In this document: one piece after another, positions 9,388-22,480 of the stretch
Layout: each line of letters opens with the position of its first letter
Position numbering within the stretch: position 1 is the stretch's first letter
Source of the DNA: an uncultured Nitrospinota bacterium
GTDB taxonomy: Bacteria > Tectomicrobia > Entotheonellia > J063 > CAVPRW01
Assembly (NCBI GenBank): GCA_963707985.1
Contig: CAVPRW010000003.1
Location: 64,001-128,000, forward strand
Direction: 5' to 3'
DNA: 64,000 nucleotides
The notes under the pieces: generated by a model
Databases searched by the model: none
Told to the model about the DNA's origin: nothing
Seen by the model: only the letters and a program-made list of their open reading frames with translations
Translations under genes and position numbers: made by a program

Positions 9388-9431
9388 GCGACCGGGAGGC
9401 GGACGCTCGAAAGCCCTCGCCTCCCGGTCGC
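9388..9431 (+). repeat. 14-bp perfect inverted repeat without U-tract (3' stabiliser/processing hairpin)
   Basis: GCGACCGGGAGGCG (9388-9401) pairs with CGCCTCCCGGTCGC (9418-9431). Confidence 0.75.
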
Positions 9432-9696
9432 ATCGGTGGCAGTGTGCACAGCGGCCCCGTCGAAGTGCGCCGCGATCGGTTTTCGCCCAGTCGTCGTCTC
9501 GCCATCCTGATGGCTCCACGCTGTGGCCTGGTACGGGCCCGCTGGTGTCGTCAGATGAGGTGCCGTCCGCCTGCGCGGTCACGTCTGGCCCTGAACGCGC
9601 TGAGGTGTCTGAACGTCCAGGACCGTCTCGATGACGAAGCATGGCGTGCTGAGCAGGCGCTCTTGAGGACGTTGAGAAAGGTGAGAGAGGAGTGCC

Positions 9697-11133
9697 ATGA
9701 CGATCTTCAAGCCACTCATCCTGGGAGCCATCCTTGGCATGCTCGTGAGCCCTGCGCCCAGTCATGCGTTTCTGGCCATCCCCGCGTCGCAGGCCCCAGG
9801 GGGCTCGATCACCCCGCGCCTGCGCGTGGATCCCCGAGGCGCGATCGCCCTGATCTGGACGGAAGCCCGTGAGAGCCAGCCCGGGCATATCTACTTCAAC
9901 CGGTCGACCGATCGGGGCCAGAGCTGGCCGCCCGAGGCGCGTCGCCTCGATGCGGCGAACCCGAGTGGGTCACGGTCGTCCAGCCCCCGCGTGGACAGCG
10001 ACCGGCAAGGGCATGTCTACACCGTGTGGTGGACCAAGCATCGCGATGGCACGAAGGATGTCCTCTTCAGCCTCTCGCGGGATTTCGGGGCGTCCTTCGC
10101 GCCCGCCCTGAAGCTGAATCACGATTATGGCGCCTTTCCGCCCGAACTCAGTGCCGATGGCCAGGGCCATGTCTATGTCGTCTGGGCCGATGAGCGCCCC
10201 GACGGCGCCGACGGGAGCCGCCGGGGCCGGTCCGCAGGCCATCGCATCTACTTCAATCGCTCGGACGATCATGGCGCGAGCTGGCTCCCGCAGGATCTGA
10301 AGCTCAGCGGCGAGACGGCGGGGCGGGGGCGGGTGATGCAAGCCTGGCCCCAGATCCGCAGCGACGATAGGGGCCATGTCTACGCCATCTGGTTCGATAC
10401 CCGGGATGGGGGCGGCAGCGTCTACTTCCGGGCCTCGGATGATTTTGGCCGGACCTGGCGGGAGGAGCGCCGCGTGAAAGGCGCAGAAGGGAATGTCGAG
10501 GGCCCCATGCAGCTGGCGGCCGATAACCAGGGGCACATCTACATCGCCTGGGCCGATAACCGTGAGGGCGAGTACGGCATCTACCTGGTAGCGTCGACCG
10601 ACCACGGCCAGACGTGGTCAAAAGAGGTACGACTCGATGTCGCCAAGCCGAAGGTCGCCCGCGCCAGCGTGCCCACCCTGGCGGCCGGCCCCGCAGGGCA
10701 TGTCTACGTGGTATGGCAGGATGCCCGGCATGGGGGGTGGGACATCTACCTCAACCTGTCCGCAGACTTCGGCACGACCTGGCACACGGAGGGGGTCCGG
10801 CTGAACACGGGTCCCCCCGGCGAGGCGGAAGCGCGGCTCCCCCAGATCGCCCTCGACGGGAAGGGGACCCTGGCCGTCGTCTGGCAGGAGGATCGGGGAG
10901 CGGACCAGCAGGAGGGGATCTACCTCACCTGGTCGACCGACTTCGGGCGGACCTGGCTCAACGCCGACATCCGGGTCGACGACCAGCCCGCGGCGAGGAC
11001 GGCAGTCAACCCCCAAATCGCCCTGCTGCCCGATGGCGCCGCAGTCATCGCCTGGGAAGGCACTCGACAGGATCGTCAAGAGCGCGCCGTGAAGGTCGTG
11101 GCCCCGAGCGGTCGCCAGACGTCGGCCCGCTAG
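9697..11133 (+). CDS. Secreted BNR/Asp-box repeat beta-propeller (sialidase-like fold)
   Basis: Signal peptide ending SHA. Repeats SxDxGxS/TW: STDRGQSW, SRDFGASF, SDDHGASW, SDDFGRTW, STDHGQTW, SADFGTTW, STDFGRTW. Confidence 0.9.
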   Translation: MTIFKPLILGAILGMLVSPAPSHAFLAIPASQAPGGSITPRLRVDPRGAIALIWTEARESQPGHIYFNRSTDRGQSWPPEARRLDAANPSGSRSSSPRVDSDRQGHVYTVWWTKHRDGTKDVLFSLSRDFGASFAPALKLNHDYGAFPPELSADGQGHVYVVWADERPDGADGSRRGRSAGHRIYFNRSDDHGASWLPQDLKLSGETAGRGRVMQAWPQIRSDDRGHVYAIWFDTRDGGGSVYFRASDDFGRTWREERRVKGAEGNVEGPMQLAADNQGHIYIAWADNREGEYGIYLVASTDHGQTWSKEVRLDVAKPKVARASVPTLAAGPAGHVYVVWQDARHGGWDIYLNLSADFGTTWHTEGVRLNTGPPGEAEARLPQIALDGKGTLAVVWQEDRGADQQEGIYLTWSTDFGRTWLNADIRVDDQPAARTAVNPQIALLPDGAAVIAWEGTRQDRQERAVKVVAPSGRQTSAR

Positions 11134-11226
11134 CGCATCGGTGTGCCCCGACGGCCGTCTCGGCGAGCGGTGTGCCGCAGGCAGGGCGTTCTCATGTGCG
11201 TGATGTGACCTCGAAAAGGAGTCCCT

Positions 11227-11926
11227 ATGGTGTCGACTCGACCGCACCGCCCCCATGGCGACTGGATCGTCAGTAGGCTGGTAGGTCTTCTCTGCGTCCT
11301 CGTCCTCTGCACGGGCGCCTGGGCCCAAGGGCCACGACTGCCACCCGCGGACCCGCGCCCGCCCAGTACCGCGAAGGGGCTTTCGGTGGCGGTCCACGAC
11401 GGGCGGCTCTCCGTGGACGTGCAGGAGGCAGATCTGGCGGAGGTCTTGGCGCACATTGGGCGGCAGGCCGGTATCCGGATCTCGCCCGGCCCCAGCGCTG
11501 GGAAACGGGTCAGTGCGCGCTTCTCAGACGTCGCCCTGGAAGACGGGCTTCGCCGTCTGCTGCGGTCGGTGTCCCTCAGTCATATCTTCCTGTATGCCAG
11601 TCGACCGGCAGGGGCTGTGACGATTGCAGAAGTGCGGGTCCTAGGCGAGGGCCAGGACGTGCCCCCCCCGCCAGCGCACCCTTGCGGAGCCAGGCGTGTA
11701 CCCCCACGAGCCCCCGACTGGCGCGCCCGTCGGTAAGGGCCGGCGGCAAGCCCCAGAAGTCGTGCTACCTGTTCAGGAGCCCACGCCTGAACCTGAACCG
11801 GCGGAACCCAGCGAGGTCACGCGCCACATCAGAGACGTGTTCAAATTGAGCAAGGGGATGGGGCGCAGCCCCTCTGACGGCCAGGAATCCTCCCCTAATG
11901 AGCCCAAACCACCAGGCACTGAGTAA
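11227..11926 (+). CDS. Exported protein with stand-alone secretin-N0/STN-like domain and Pro-rich tail; frameshift at the C-run ~11662-11669
   Basis: Signal ending AWA-Q; GRLSVDVQEADLAEVLAHIGRQAGIRI...VSARFSDVALEDGLRRLL. Reading continues in the 11696..11926 frame. Confidence 0.7.
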
Positions 11927-12138
11927 AGCGGTGTCGGAGAATTTGCACGTTGAGGGGGTATATTTGGATTGATTGCTCGGAGTTCCAGGATATGGTGCTG
12001 AAAGGAAAGAAAGATTGTGGTGCAGCCAGGCACGATCTTATGCCACATCCTACATATATGCAGATTAGTACCTGCGACACACTAAAAGGAGCCTCGCCCC
12101 CACCCGCTTCCAGCAAGAGAAGAAGCAGCAGCGGACAT

Positions 12139-12612
12139 TTACTCTGGGGGTCGCGCTCGTGTCTCGACCATCCGCTGTGTGCTGGGACCAACACGCTTTT
12201 GAGCCACTTGCAAGCGGATGAGGGCACGCTCTAAAGCTGCGGAAGCTCGTTCGAAATCGATATCGGCGACGGTCGTCGACCATTCGCGCAGTCGCTCTTC
12301 CGCACGCCGTTTAGCGCGCTCAGCGCGCTCGATATCGATCTCTTCGGCCATTTCGGCAGTCTCAGTCAACACGGTCACCTTATTGGGCAAAACCTCCGCA
12401 TACCCCCAGGTAATCGCGAGATGCTCCCATTGATTGCCACTCCGGTAGCCAAGCTCGCCTTGGCCGAGCGTGGTAATAAAGGGCGTGTGCCCTGGGAGCA
12501 CGCCAAAGTATCCGAGAGCGCCCGGCGCCGAGACCTCATCCACCTCAGTGCTGAGCACCTGCCGTTCCGGTGTGACTATTTCTAACAGGATGCGCCCCCA
12601 GTCCTCAGCCAT
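12139..12612 (-). CDS. atpC: F0F1 ATP synthase subunit epsilon
   Basis: LEIVTPER, GYFGVLPGHTPF, EEIDIERAERAKRRAE; last gene of the atp operon. Confidence 0.97.
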   Translation of the reverse strand: MAEDWGRILLEIVTPERQVLSTEVDEVSAPGALGYFGVLPGHTPFITTLGQGELGYRSGNQWEHLAITWGYAEVLPNKVTVLTETAEMAEEIDIERAERAKRRAEERLREWSTTVADIDFERASAALERALIRLQVAQKRVGPSTQRMVETRARPPE

Positions 12613-12615
12613 GGC

Positions 12616-15040
<2,425 letters not shown>

Positions 15041-15118
15041 AATACTCTCCTGAAAACAGTGCTGGATGGTGAATACCGAGAGCCAAGCGTTTTTTCACGC
15101 AGTACTCAACACTCCGCA

Positions 15119-16660
15119 CTATTTTTTGAGGCGGCTGACGAAATCGGCCTTGAACTCCTCAATGGCCTTGCGCAGTCTGGCCTCCAGGTCGGCGTCCAGT
15201 TGTTTCTTGTCTTTAATCTCTTTGGGCAAGGAGGTGTACCGGCTCTCGACGAATGGAAAAAAGTCTTCCTCGAAGCTCCGGCAGGCCTCGACGGGGATAT
15301 CATCCAGGTAACCGTTGATGCCAGCGTAAATGATCATGACCTGCTTTTCCACCGACAGCGGTTTGTATTGATCTTGCTTGAGGATCTCTACCATGCGCTC
15401 GCCGCGGGTGAGCTGCGCCTGCGTAGCCGCGTCCAACTCACTGCCGAACTGCGCAAAGGCTGCCATCTCACGGTACTGTGCGAGGTCGAGCCGCAAGCGC
15501 CCAGCGATGCGCCGCATGGCGGTGATCTGCGCCGCACCTCCCACACGCGACACGGAAATCCCCACGTTGATAGCGGGGCGCACACCAGCGTAGAAGAGGT
15601 CCGCTTCGAGGTAAATCTGGCCATCGGTGATCGAAATGACGTTGGTGGGAATGTAGGCTGATACGTCTCCCGCCTGCGTTTCCACGATCGGCAGCGCTGT
15701 CAGGGAACCGGCGCCGAGATCATCGCTCAGTTTCGCCGCGCGTTCGAGCAAACGCGAGTGCAGGTAGAAGACATCGCCTGGATAGGCTTCACGACCCGGC
15801 GGACGGCGCAGTAGCAACGAGAGCTGGCGATAGGCCGCGGCGTGCTTCGACAGATCGTCATAGATACACAACACGTGACCACGGTTATCGCGGAAGTACT
15901 CGCCCATGGCGCATCCGGCGTACGGTGCCATGTACAGCAACGGCGCGGGCTCGCTGGCGGTGGCGGCGACGACGATGGTATACTCCATGGCGCCAGCATC
16001 TTCAAGGACCTTGACGACCTGCGCCACCGTCGACCGCTTCTGCCCGATGGCGACGTAAATGCAATACACCCGCTCATCGGTTTGCTGGGTCTCTTTCTGG
16101 TTGATGATGGCATCGATGGCGACGGCTGTTTTGCCCGTCTGCCGATCGCCAATGATCAGCTCTCGCTGACCACGGCCAATCGGAATCATGGCATCGATGG
16201 CCTTCAGACCGGTCTGGATCGGCTGATGCACGGAGCGACGATCCACCACGCCCGGCGCCAGGCGCTCGATAGGGCGAAATTCCGTCGTGTCGATCGGCCC
16301 TTTGCCATCCAGCGGCAGGCCCAATGGGTTGACGACGCGTCCGATCAGTGCCTGACCCGCGGGAACAGCCATGACACGACCCGTGCGCGTGACCTCATCG
16401 CCCTCTTTTATGTGGGTATCCTCGCCGAGGAGTACGACGCCAACCGTCTCTTCTTCGAGGTTCAGCGCCATGCCGTAGATGTCGCCGGGGAACAAAACCA
16501 TCTCGCCGTACATGACGTGTTCGAGACCATAGACGCGGGCCACGCCGTCGCCGACTGAGATGACATAGCCCACTTCCTTGAGCTCGATCTTCCCCTCATA
16601 GCTCTCGATCCGTTGCTTGATCAGATCACTGATCTCTTCTGCCCGGATTTGCATCTGCAT
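15119..16660 (-). CDS. atpA: F0F1 ATP synthase subunit alpha
   Basis: [31 protein letters not shown]. Confidence 0.99.
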   Translation of the reverse strand: MQMQIRAEEISDLIKQRIESYEGKIELKEVGYVISVGDGVARVYGLEHVMYGEMVLFPGDIYGMALNLEEETVGVVLLGEDTHIKEGDEVTRTGRVMAVPAGQALIGRVVNPLGLPLDGKGPIDTTEFRPIERLAPGVVDRRSVHQPIQTGLKAIDAMIPIGRGQRELIIGDRQTGKTAVAIDAIINQKETQQTDERVYCIYVAIGQKRSTVAQVVKVLEDAGAMEYTIVVAATASEPAPLLYMAPYAGCAMGEYFRDNRGHVLCIYDDLSKHAAAYRQLSLLLRRPPGREAYPGDVFYLHSRLLERAAKLSDDLGAGSLTALPIVETQAGDVSAYIPTNVISITDGQIYLEADLFYAGVRPAINVGISVSRVGGAAQITAMRRIAGRLRLDLAQYREMAAFAQFGSELDAATQAQLTRGERMVEILKQDQYKPLSVEKQVMIIYAGINGYLDDIPVEACRSFEEDFFPFVESRYTSLPKEIKDKKQLDADLEARLRKAIEEFKADFVSRLKK

Positions 16661-17220
16661 TACGCTAATCCCCCCCGGTGGTCTCCGACCAATGCCGTTC
16701 TCAAACGCGCCAACTCATTGCGGATGGAGCCATCCAGCACCAAACTCCCCATCTGAGCCACAATGCCGCCAATGAGCGCGGGGTCGATTTCTTGGTCGAT
16801 GACGATGTCCTTACTTGTATAATGGGCGAAGCGTTGCCGCACCTCTTCCTGCAAGGCCGACGACAGCGGGACGGCGGATGTTACTCGCACGCGCAGACGA
16901 TTTTGCGCTTCCTCCGCCAAGACCTCGTAGAGAGCGACGATGTGCGACATTTCCGGTAGGCGGCCTTTTTCCAGCAGCGTACGAACGAAATTCGCCTCAA
17001 GGGAGCCGATGCCCAGCCGTTGGCTCAGGTCGGTCAGCAGGTCCGCTTTAAAGTGTTGACTGATGGCAGGATTGTAAAGGATGGATTTGAGGCCAGGCGT
17101 CTCGTCGATGAGCTGCGTGAAGCGTTTGAGCTGTTCCCCGGTATCCGCCAGTCGCCTATGTTCGCGGGCGAGCGCCACCAGAGCTTTGGCATAGCGCTTG
17201 GCCACCACTGAGACAATCAA
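16660..17220 (-). CDS. atpH: F0F1 ATP synthase subunit delta
   Basis: [17 protein letters not shown]...LDGS. Confidence 0.96.
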   Translation of the reverse strand: MIVSVVAKRYAKALVALAREHRRLADTGEQLKRFTQLIDETPGLKSILYNPAISQHFKADLLTDLSQRLGIGSLEANFVRTLLEKGRLPEMSHIVALYEVLAEEAQNRLRVRVTSAVPLSSALQEEVRQRFAHYTSKDIVIDQEIDPALIGGIVAQMGSLVLDGSIRNELARLRTALVGDHRGGLA

Positions 17221-17822
17221 TTCAGCTCTCCTATGCGCGCGATATAACGACGGACGATGGCCTGTTGGTCTTCATCATGCAATTCACGTCGGAAGATGTC
17301 CTCGGCAATTTGCACAGTTAACATCGCCGCCTCCTGGCGTAGGCTTAGTTGAGCCCGTTCCGTGGCCCGCTCAACCTCCAACCGCGCCTGAGCGACAATA
17401 CGTGCGGCGAGCTGCTGGGCCTCTGCCTCCAGCCGGCGGGCCATGTCTTCGCGTTCCTGCGTGGCTTGCTGTTGTAGCCGGGTGAGCTCCTCCTGGAGGT
17501 TTGCCGTCTTGCGTTGATTCTCCTGCAGCAATCGCTGAGCCTCGTCCCGACCGGCTTGTGCCTGCTCGATGGCTTGCTGAATTTTTTGGCGATGGTCCTG
17601 TAAGACCCGCGGCAACACTTTCGCGAGCACGACATACAGGATGATCCCAAGGATGATGAAGTTTATCCAACGGAAGATCTCTTCCAACAGGTTAAATTCG
17701 GCATGGTGCCCACCACCCGCCGCCGCCGCAACTGCCGCGCTGCTCCACACCAGCATGCCGAGTAGCATCGCCCACCGATGGCTACTCCCTAGCCTCATGT
17801 GCGCGTCCCCACGGTGTAACAT
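17217..17822 (-). CDS. atpF: F0 subunit b
   Basis: TM segment WINFIILGIILY, long coiled coil, N-terminal AAAGGGHH leader; operon position. Confidence 0.9.
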   Translation of the reverse strand: MLHRGDAHMRLGSSHRWAMLLGMLVWSSAAVAAAAGGGHHAEFNLLEEIFRWINFIILGIILYVVLAKVLPRVLQDHRQKIQQAIEQAQAGRDEAQRLLQENQRKTANLQEELTRLQQQATQEREDMARRLEAEAQQLAARIVAQARLEVERATERAQLSLRQEAAMLTVQIAEDIFRRELHDEDQQAIVRRYIARIGELN

Positions 17823-18254
17823 TTAGCGACTCACCTCACGACCCATCAGCTTCACCACCACCAATCGCGCCAGTTCACGGGCCGTGTCAACGAGACGGGT
17901 GCGAGCCTCCTGCACCTCGCGTGTGATCGTCACCTGCGCCTCCGCCACCAGTGTGTGCGCTTCATTGCGGGCCTGCTCAATCTGCTCGCGCTGTTTGGCA
18001 TCCATCGCCCGCTGCACAGCTGCCGCCTGCTCCGCCATGTCTCGACGGGCTGTCTCGATGGCGGATTCATAGCCCGTTAACGCGCTCTCGGCCTCCTGGC
18101 GCAGGCGCGCTGCCTCGTCGAGATTGTCGTGAACGCTTTTGTCGCGAGCATCCATGAACTCTATGAGTGGTTTGAACAGGATCTTATTCATCAACACCAG
18201 GAAGATGATGACACTGACCAGGACAACCGGTAGTGTCCAATTGACGTCGAGCAT
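17823..18254 (-). CDS. F0 subunit b'
   Basis: MLDVNWTL...MNKILFKPLIEFMDAR followed by coiled coil. Confidence 0.9.
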   Translation of the reverse strand: MLDVNWTLPVVLVSVIIFLVLMNKILFKPLIEFMDARDKSVHDNLDEAARLRQEAESALTGYESAIETARRDMAEQAAAVQRAMDAKQREQIEQARNEAHTLVAEAQVTITREVQEARTRLVDTARELARLVVVKLMGREVSR

Positions 18255-18336
18255 GTTCTCTACCCTCTGCAATGGGCGCACGCCGCGTCGTCGGTGGTTC
18301 ACATGCGGCTTTTTCTACCAGACGCACGGCACGATT

Positions 18337-18365
18337 CAGATAACACACTTACCCAGGCTTGTCAA
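18337..18365 (-). promoter_or_regulatory. Putative sigma70 promoter of the atp operon, overlapping the rsmG 3' end
   Basis: Minus strand TTGACA-17 nt-TATCTG with TGn extension. Confidence 0.5.
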
Positions 18366-19047
18366 ATTTTTGGCCGCCGCTGGGTTTGCCGATCACGACC
18401 ATGGTACGCGCCGCCGACTCGCCAGGGATCGACATCAGATCGAGCAGGACCCCGCCGTGAGCAGCGAGCACGCCCCCTAGGCTGTGCACTTCCGCCAGGG
18501 CCGCTGGTCCTTTCTCCAATACGAGGCGTCCGCCCGGCTGTAACAGGGTCAGTGCAGCAGGCAGCCAGCGCCGCAGCCCCCCAACCCCGCGCGAGACGAT
18601 AACGGCATAATGCTCACGCATCGCCTCCTCCTGCGCCAACGCTTCCACGCGGGTGACGAGGCAGCGCACGTCGTCGAGCCCCAGAACACGACAGAGCTGC
18701 CGCAGAAAAACACTTTTGCGCTCCGAGCTCTCGACCAGATCCACGGCGAGCTCAGGATGCCACAGTTTTAATGGTAGGCCAGGAAACCCTGCTCCCGTAC
18801 CAATATCCAGGAGGGGCAGTCCAGGATGAGGGACGAAGGTTTGCAAGAAGTCGAGGGACCCCAGGAAATGTTTACGAATGATCCCGACCTCATCACTGAT
18901 CGATGTCAGGCTCATCGTCCGGTTCCAATGCTGTAATTCGCGCAGATAGGTCAGAAACCGGCGGCACCGAAGCTCGTCTAGAGGACTGCTGGCGGCGGCG
19001 AAAAGCTGTTGCAAGCGAACCTCGGTTGTCGGTACAGACGGCGTCAT
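18349..19047 (-). CDS. rsmG: 16S rRNA m7G527 methyltransferase
   Basis: WNRTMSLTSI, KHFLGSL, DIGTGAGFPGLPL; follows mnmG. Confidence 0.95.
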   Translation of the reverse strand: MTPSVPTTEVRLQQLFAAASSPLDELRCRRFLTYLRELQHWNRTMSLTSISDEVGIIRKHFLGSLDFLQTFVPHPGLPLLDIGTGAGFPGLPLKLWHPELAVDLVESSERKSVFLRQLCRVLGLDDVRCLVTRVEALAQEEAMREHYAVIVSRGVGGLRRWLPAALTLLQPGGRLVLEKGPAALAEVHSLGGVLAAHGGVLLDLMSIPGESAARTMVVIGKPSGGQKFDKPG

Positions 19048-19090
19048 CGCTCCTCAACCCCCTCATCCCCCAGGCGAGGGAACAAGGTGC

Positions 19091-20965
19091 CTACCGGTGC
19101 CGCCGCCTTTTCTCCAGGTAGACATCCAGGATGGCAATAGCCGCGGGTGTCATGCCAGAGATGCGGGAGGCTTGTCCCAGTGAAGTGGGACGTACGACTC
19201 GCAGTTTCTCACGCACCTCCGTGGAGAGTCCTCCAATCGCATCATAATCCAAATCCCTGGCCAGCGGCTTGGCCTCAAGCTTCCTGAAGCGTGCTACCTG
19301 CGCCTCTTGCCGCTCGATATAGCCCTGGTATTTGACCTGAATGGCGACCTGCTCGGTGACCGCCAGCGGTAATGGGCTGGGAGGCGGCGCAAAGCACGCC
19401 AACATCCGGTACTCGATCTCAGGACGACGCAGCAGATCCGCCAACGTCAGAACGGATTTGAGTGGCGCGCTGTGGAGCTCACCCAGTCGCTGATTCACCA
19501 CCGCCGTCGGATTGACTTTTGTGCTCTCCAGACGGGCGACTTCCGCAGCGATCTGCACCCGTTTGGTCAGAAATCGGTCATACTCGGGTGTGCGCACGAG
19601 GCCGACGGCATGACCCCTATCCCGCAGTCGCAGGTCAGCGTTATCCGAGCGTAACAACAGGCGATACTCCGCTCGTGAGGTGAACATCCGATAGGGCTCC
19701 GTCACGCCCTTCGTGACCAGATCATCGATCATCACCCCAATGTAGGCCTCGGAACGGTCGAGGATCAACGGCTCACGGCCCTGCACAATCAAGGCAGCGT
19801 TGATCCCGCCCATCAGACCCTGTGCTGCGGCCTCCTCATAGCCGGTGGTACCATTGATCTGCCCGGCGAACAGGAGGCCGCGGACCAATTTAGTTTCCAG
19901 GCTGGGCAAGAGCTGCCGCGGGTCAGCGTAGTCGTATTCGATGGCATATCCTGGGCGCGTGATCTCCGCCCGTTCCAATCCGGCAATGGTGTGCACCAGT
20001 TGCATCTGGACGTCCAAGGGCAGGCTGGTGGAAATGCCGTTGGGGTAAATCTCCAGCGTCTGGCGTCCCTCTGGCTCGAGAAAGATCTGATGGCGCTCCT
20101 TGTCGGCAAAGCGCACCACCTTATCTTCGATCGATGGGCAGTAACGGACACCGCGTGCCTGGATTACCCCGGCATACATCGGTGAACGATCCAGGTTCTC
20201 ACGAATGATCCGGTGTGTCGCCGCATTGGTATAAGTCAAGTAGCACAGGACCTGCGGCTGGGTAATGGCCGCCGTTGAGTACGAGAACGGCGTCGGCTCG
20301 GGGTCACCAGGTTGAGGTTCCAGGTTCGAGAAGTCGATGGTTTTGGCATCGAGGCGCGGTGGGGTGCCAGTTTTCAGACGTCCCATTTCGAAGCCCAGTT
20401 CCATGAGCTGCTCGGAGAGTCCATAGGCCGCCGCTTCTCCACCACGACCACCGGCCTGGTTTTTCAGACCGATGTGGATGAGCCCCCGCAGGAATGTACC
20501 GGTCGTCACTACCACGGCTCGGGCGCCGTAGGCGAACCCCATGCCGGTCATGACACCGGCGATACGCCCATCACTCACCAGCAGGCGTTCGACCGTCCCC
20601 TGCTTGATCTCCAGTCCCTCCTGCTGTTCCAGCGTCGCCTTCATTTGCAGGCGATACAGAGCCTTATCAGCCTGGGCGCGGTTGCCCTGCACCGCGGGAC
20701 CTTTACTACGATTGAGCATTTTAAACTGGATGCCGGTAAGATCGATGCATTTCGCCATCTCGCCGCCCAGGGCATCGATTTCACGCACCAGATGCCCCTT
20801 GCCCAAGCCACCAATGGAGGGATTACAGGACATCTGGGCGATCTTATCCAGGTCAATGCTGAGTAGCAGGGTTTGACAGCCCATGCGTGCGGCGGCGAGG
20901 GCAGCCTCGCAACCCGCGTGGCCACCACCGATGACAATTACGTCATAGATTTTGGCGCAGTCCAT
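19091..20965 (-). CDS. mnmG: tRNA uridine-5-carboxymethylaminomethyl modification enzyme
   Basis: [45 protein letters not shown]. Confidence 0.99.
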   Translation of the reverse strand: MDCAKIYDVIVIGGGHAGCEAALAAARMGCQTLLLSIDLDKIAQMSCNPSIGGLGKGHLVREIDALGGEMAKCIDLTGIQFKMLNRSKGPAVQGNRAQADKALYRLQMKATLEQQEGLEIKQGTVERLLVSDGRIAGVMTGMGFAYGARAVVVTTGTFLRGLIHIGLKNQAGGRGGEAAAYGLSEQLMELGFEMGRLKTGTPPRLDAKTIDFSNLEPQPGDPEPTPFSYSTAAITQPQVLCYLTYTNAATHRIIRENLDRSPMYAGVIQARGVRYCPSIEDKVVRFADKERHQIFLEPEGRQTLEIYPNGISTSLPLDVQMQLVHTIAGLERAEITRPGYAIEYDYADPRQLLPSLETKLVRGLLFAGQINGTTGYEEAAAQGLMGGINAALIVQGREPLILDRSEAYIGVMIDDLVTKGVTEPYRMFTSRAEYRLLLRSDNADLRLRDRGHAVGLVRTPEYDRFLTKRVQIAAEVARLESTKVNPTAVVNQRLGELHSAPLKSVLTLADLLRRPEIEYRMLACFAPPPSPLPLAVTEQVAIQVKYQGYIERQEAQVARFRKLEAKPLARDLDYDAIGGLSTEVREKLRVVRPTSLGQASRISGMTPAAIAILDVYLEKRRRHR

Positions 20966-21057
20966 AGGAGATATCCTGCAATCGGCTGCCTCACCCTCGT
21001 CCTCTCACAGAGGAACAGGGCCTGTCGGCGAGGGTGAAGAGAATCACGCCGTGTTGA

Positions 21058-22449
21058 CTATTTCCCAATACAAAACTCGCTGAAAATCTTGTCCAAAAGG
21101 TCTTCGGTGTAATTGAGCCCAACGATCTCACCTAGCCATTCCAGGGCCTCACGCAAGTCCACCGCAATGAACTCGCCCGACAGGCACTGCTCCATGGCAT
21201 CACAGGCCTGTCGCAAGCTTTGGTAAGCGCGCTGTAAAGCTTCCCACTGGCGCAACCTGGTGACCATAGGGCCTTCGCGTGGGGGCTGTTGCCCGTTTAC
21301 AACCGCCGCCACCATCGCTCTTGTCAAGCGCTCAAGCCCCTGATGCTCTTGACACGACACGACAATCTTAGGCCATTCGGGAAACCGCACCTGCAGCTCA
21401 TCCGCCGTCACCTGTGGGGGCAAATCCGCCTTGTTTAGCACCACCTGGACGTGCTTCCCCTGAACCACCGCCACGGCCTCCTCGTCTTCAGCCATCAGCG
21501 GCTCCGAGCCATCAAGCACGAGTAACACCAGATCGGCGCTCTCCACGCTCGCGCGCGCGCGGGCAATCCCCTCTTGTTCCACGAGGTCAGTACTGGGACG
21601 GATGCCCGCGGTATCCACCAGTCGGAACGGGTAGCCACACAGGTTGGCGACTTCCTCCAGCACATCGCGCGTCGTACCCGGAATCGGCGTGACGATGGCG
21701 CGATTCGCTGCCAACAACGCATTGAACAGGCTCGATTTGCCGACGTTCGGCCGTCCCACGATGGCCACTTGGACCCCCGCGCGCAACACACGGCCCGTCT
21801 GGAAGGTCTCCAACAGCGTCGCCATCCGCGCCTCTACGGCACGCGCCTTGGTACGTAAGGTTTCCCAGGCTAAGAGTTCTAGATCCTCCTCAGGAAACTC
21901 CATGGCACCCTCGACATACGCCAGGACCTCGAGCAACTCTTCACGCATGGCGCCAATCGCCTGTGACAGCCCTCCCTGCAGCTGGGCCAGCGCCTGCCGC
22001 TGGCTTTCTTCCGTCTGCGCCTGAATCAAATCGATCACCGCCTCAGCCTGAGATAAGTCGAGCCGACCATTGACAAAGGCGCGCTTGGTAAATTCCCCCG
22101 GCTCCGCCAGTCGTGCGCCACCGGCAACGAGCCCCTCGAGGATACGGGCCAGGACGCCGATGCCCCCATGGCCGCTGATTTCGACGACATCTTCACAGGT
22201 ATAGGAGCGCGGCCCCCGCATATAGGTTACCAGCACTTCATCGAGTGTGGTCCCGGTGCAGGGGTGAATGATGCTGCCGAAGCGTACCCGATGCGAAGGC
22301 CAGTGTTCCACTGCCCGGCCGTGTCGATCCCGGAACATTAACTGCACAATCGCCACAGCGGCAGGCCCGCTGACGCGAATGATGCCCAGCCCTCCTGCAC
22401 CAATGGGCGTCGCGATGGCGGCAATCGTGTCATCCGGCGTCGCCTGCAC
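21058..22449 (-). CDS. mnmE: tRNA modification GTPase
   Basis: DTIAAIATP, GRPNVGKSS, GTTRD, DTAG, NKAD, C-terminal FCIGK. GTG start inferred. Confidence 0.98.
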   Translation of the reverse strand: MQATPDDTIAAIATPIGAGGLGIIRVSGPAAVAIVQLMFRDRHGRAVEHWPSHRVRFGSIIHPCTGTTLDEVLVTYMRGPRSYTCEDVVEISGHGGIGVLARILEGLVAGGARLAEPGEFTKRAFVNGRLDLSQAEAVIDLIQAQTEESQRQALAQLQGGLSQAIGAMREELLEVLAYVEGAMEFPEEDLELLAWETLRTKARAVEARMATLLETFQTGRVLRAGVQVAIVGRPNVGKSSLFNALLAANRAIVTPIPGTTRDVLEEVANLCGYPFRLVDTAGIRPSTDLVEQEGIARARASVESADLVLLVLDGSEPLMAEDEEAVAVVQGKHVQVVLNKADLPPQVTADELQVRFPEWPKIVVSCQEHQGLERLTRAMVAAVVNGQQPPREGPMVTRLRQWEALQRAYQSLRQACDAMEQCLSGEFIAVDLREALEWLGEIVGLNYTEDLLDKIFSEFCIGK

Positions 22450-22480
22450 CTGTCCAGATCCTCCGCGTAACCAGCAACTA

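Noticed and set aside
9697..11133. Assignment as an active sialidase
   Set aside because: Only Asp-box repeats are seen; no FRIP/RIP motif or catalytic triad could be identified.
12028..12043. Sigma54-like GGCACGATCTTATGC
   Set aside because: GG-to-GC spacing is 11, not 10, and no downstream gene lies on that strand.
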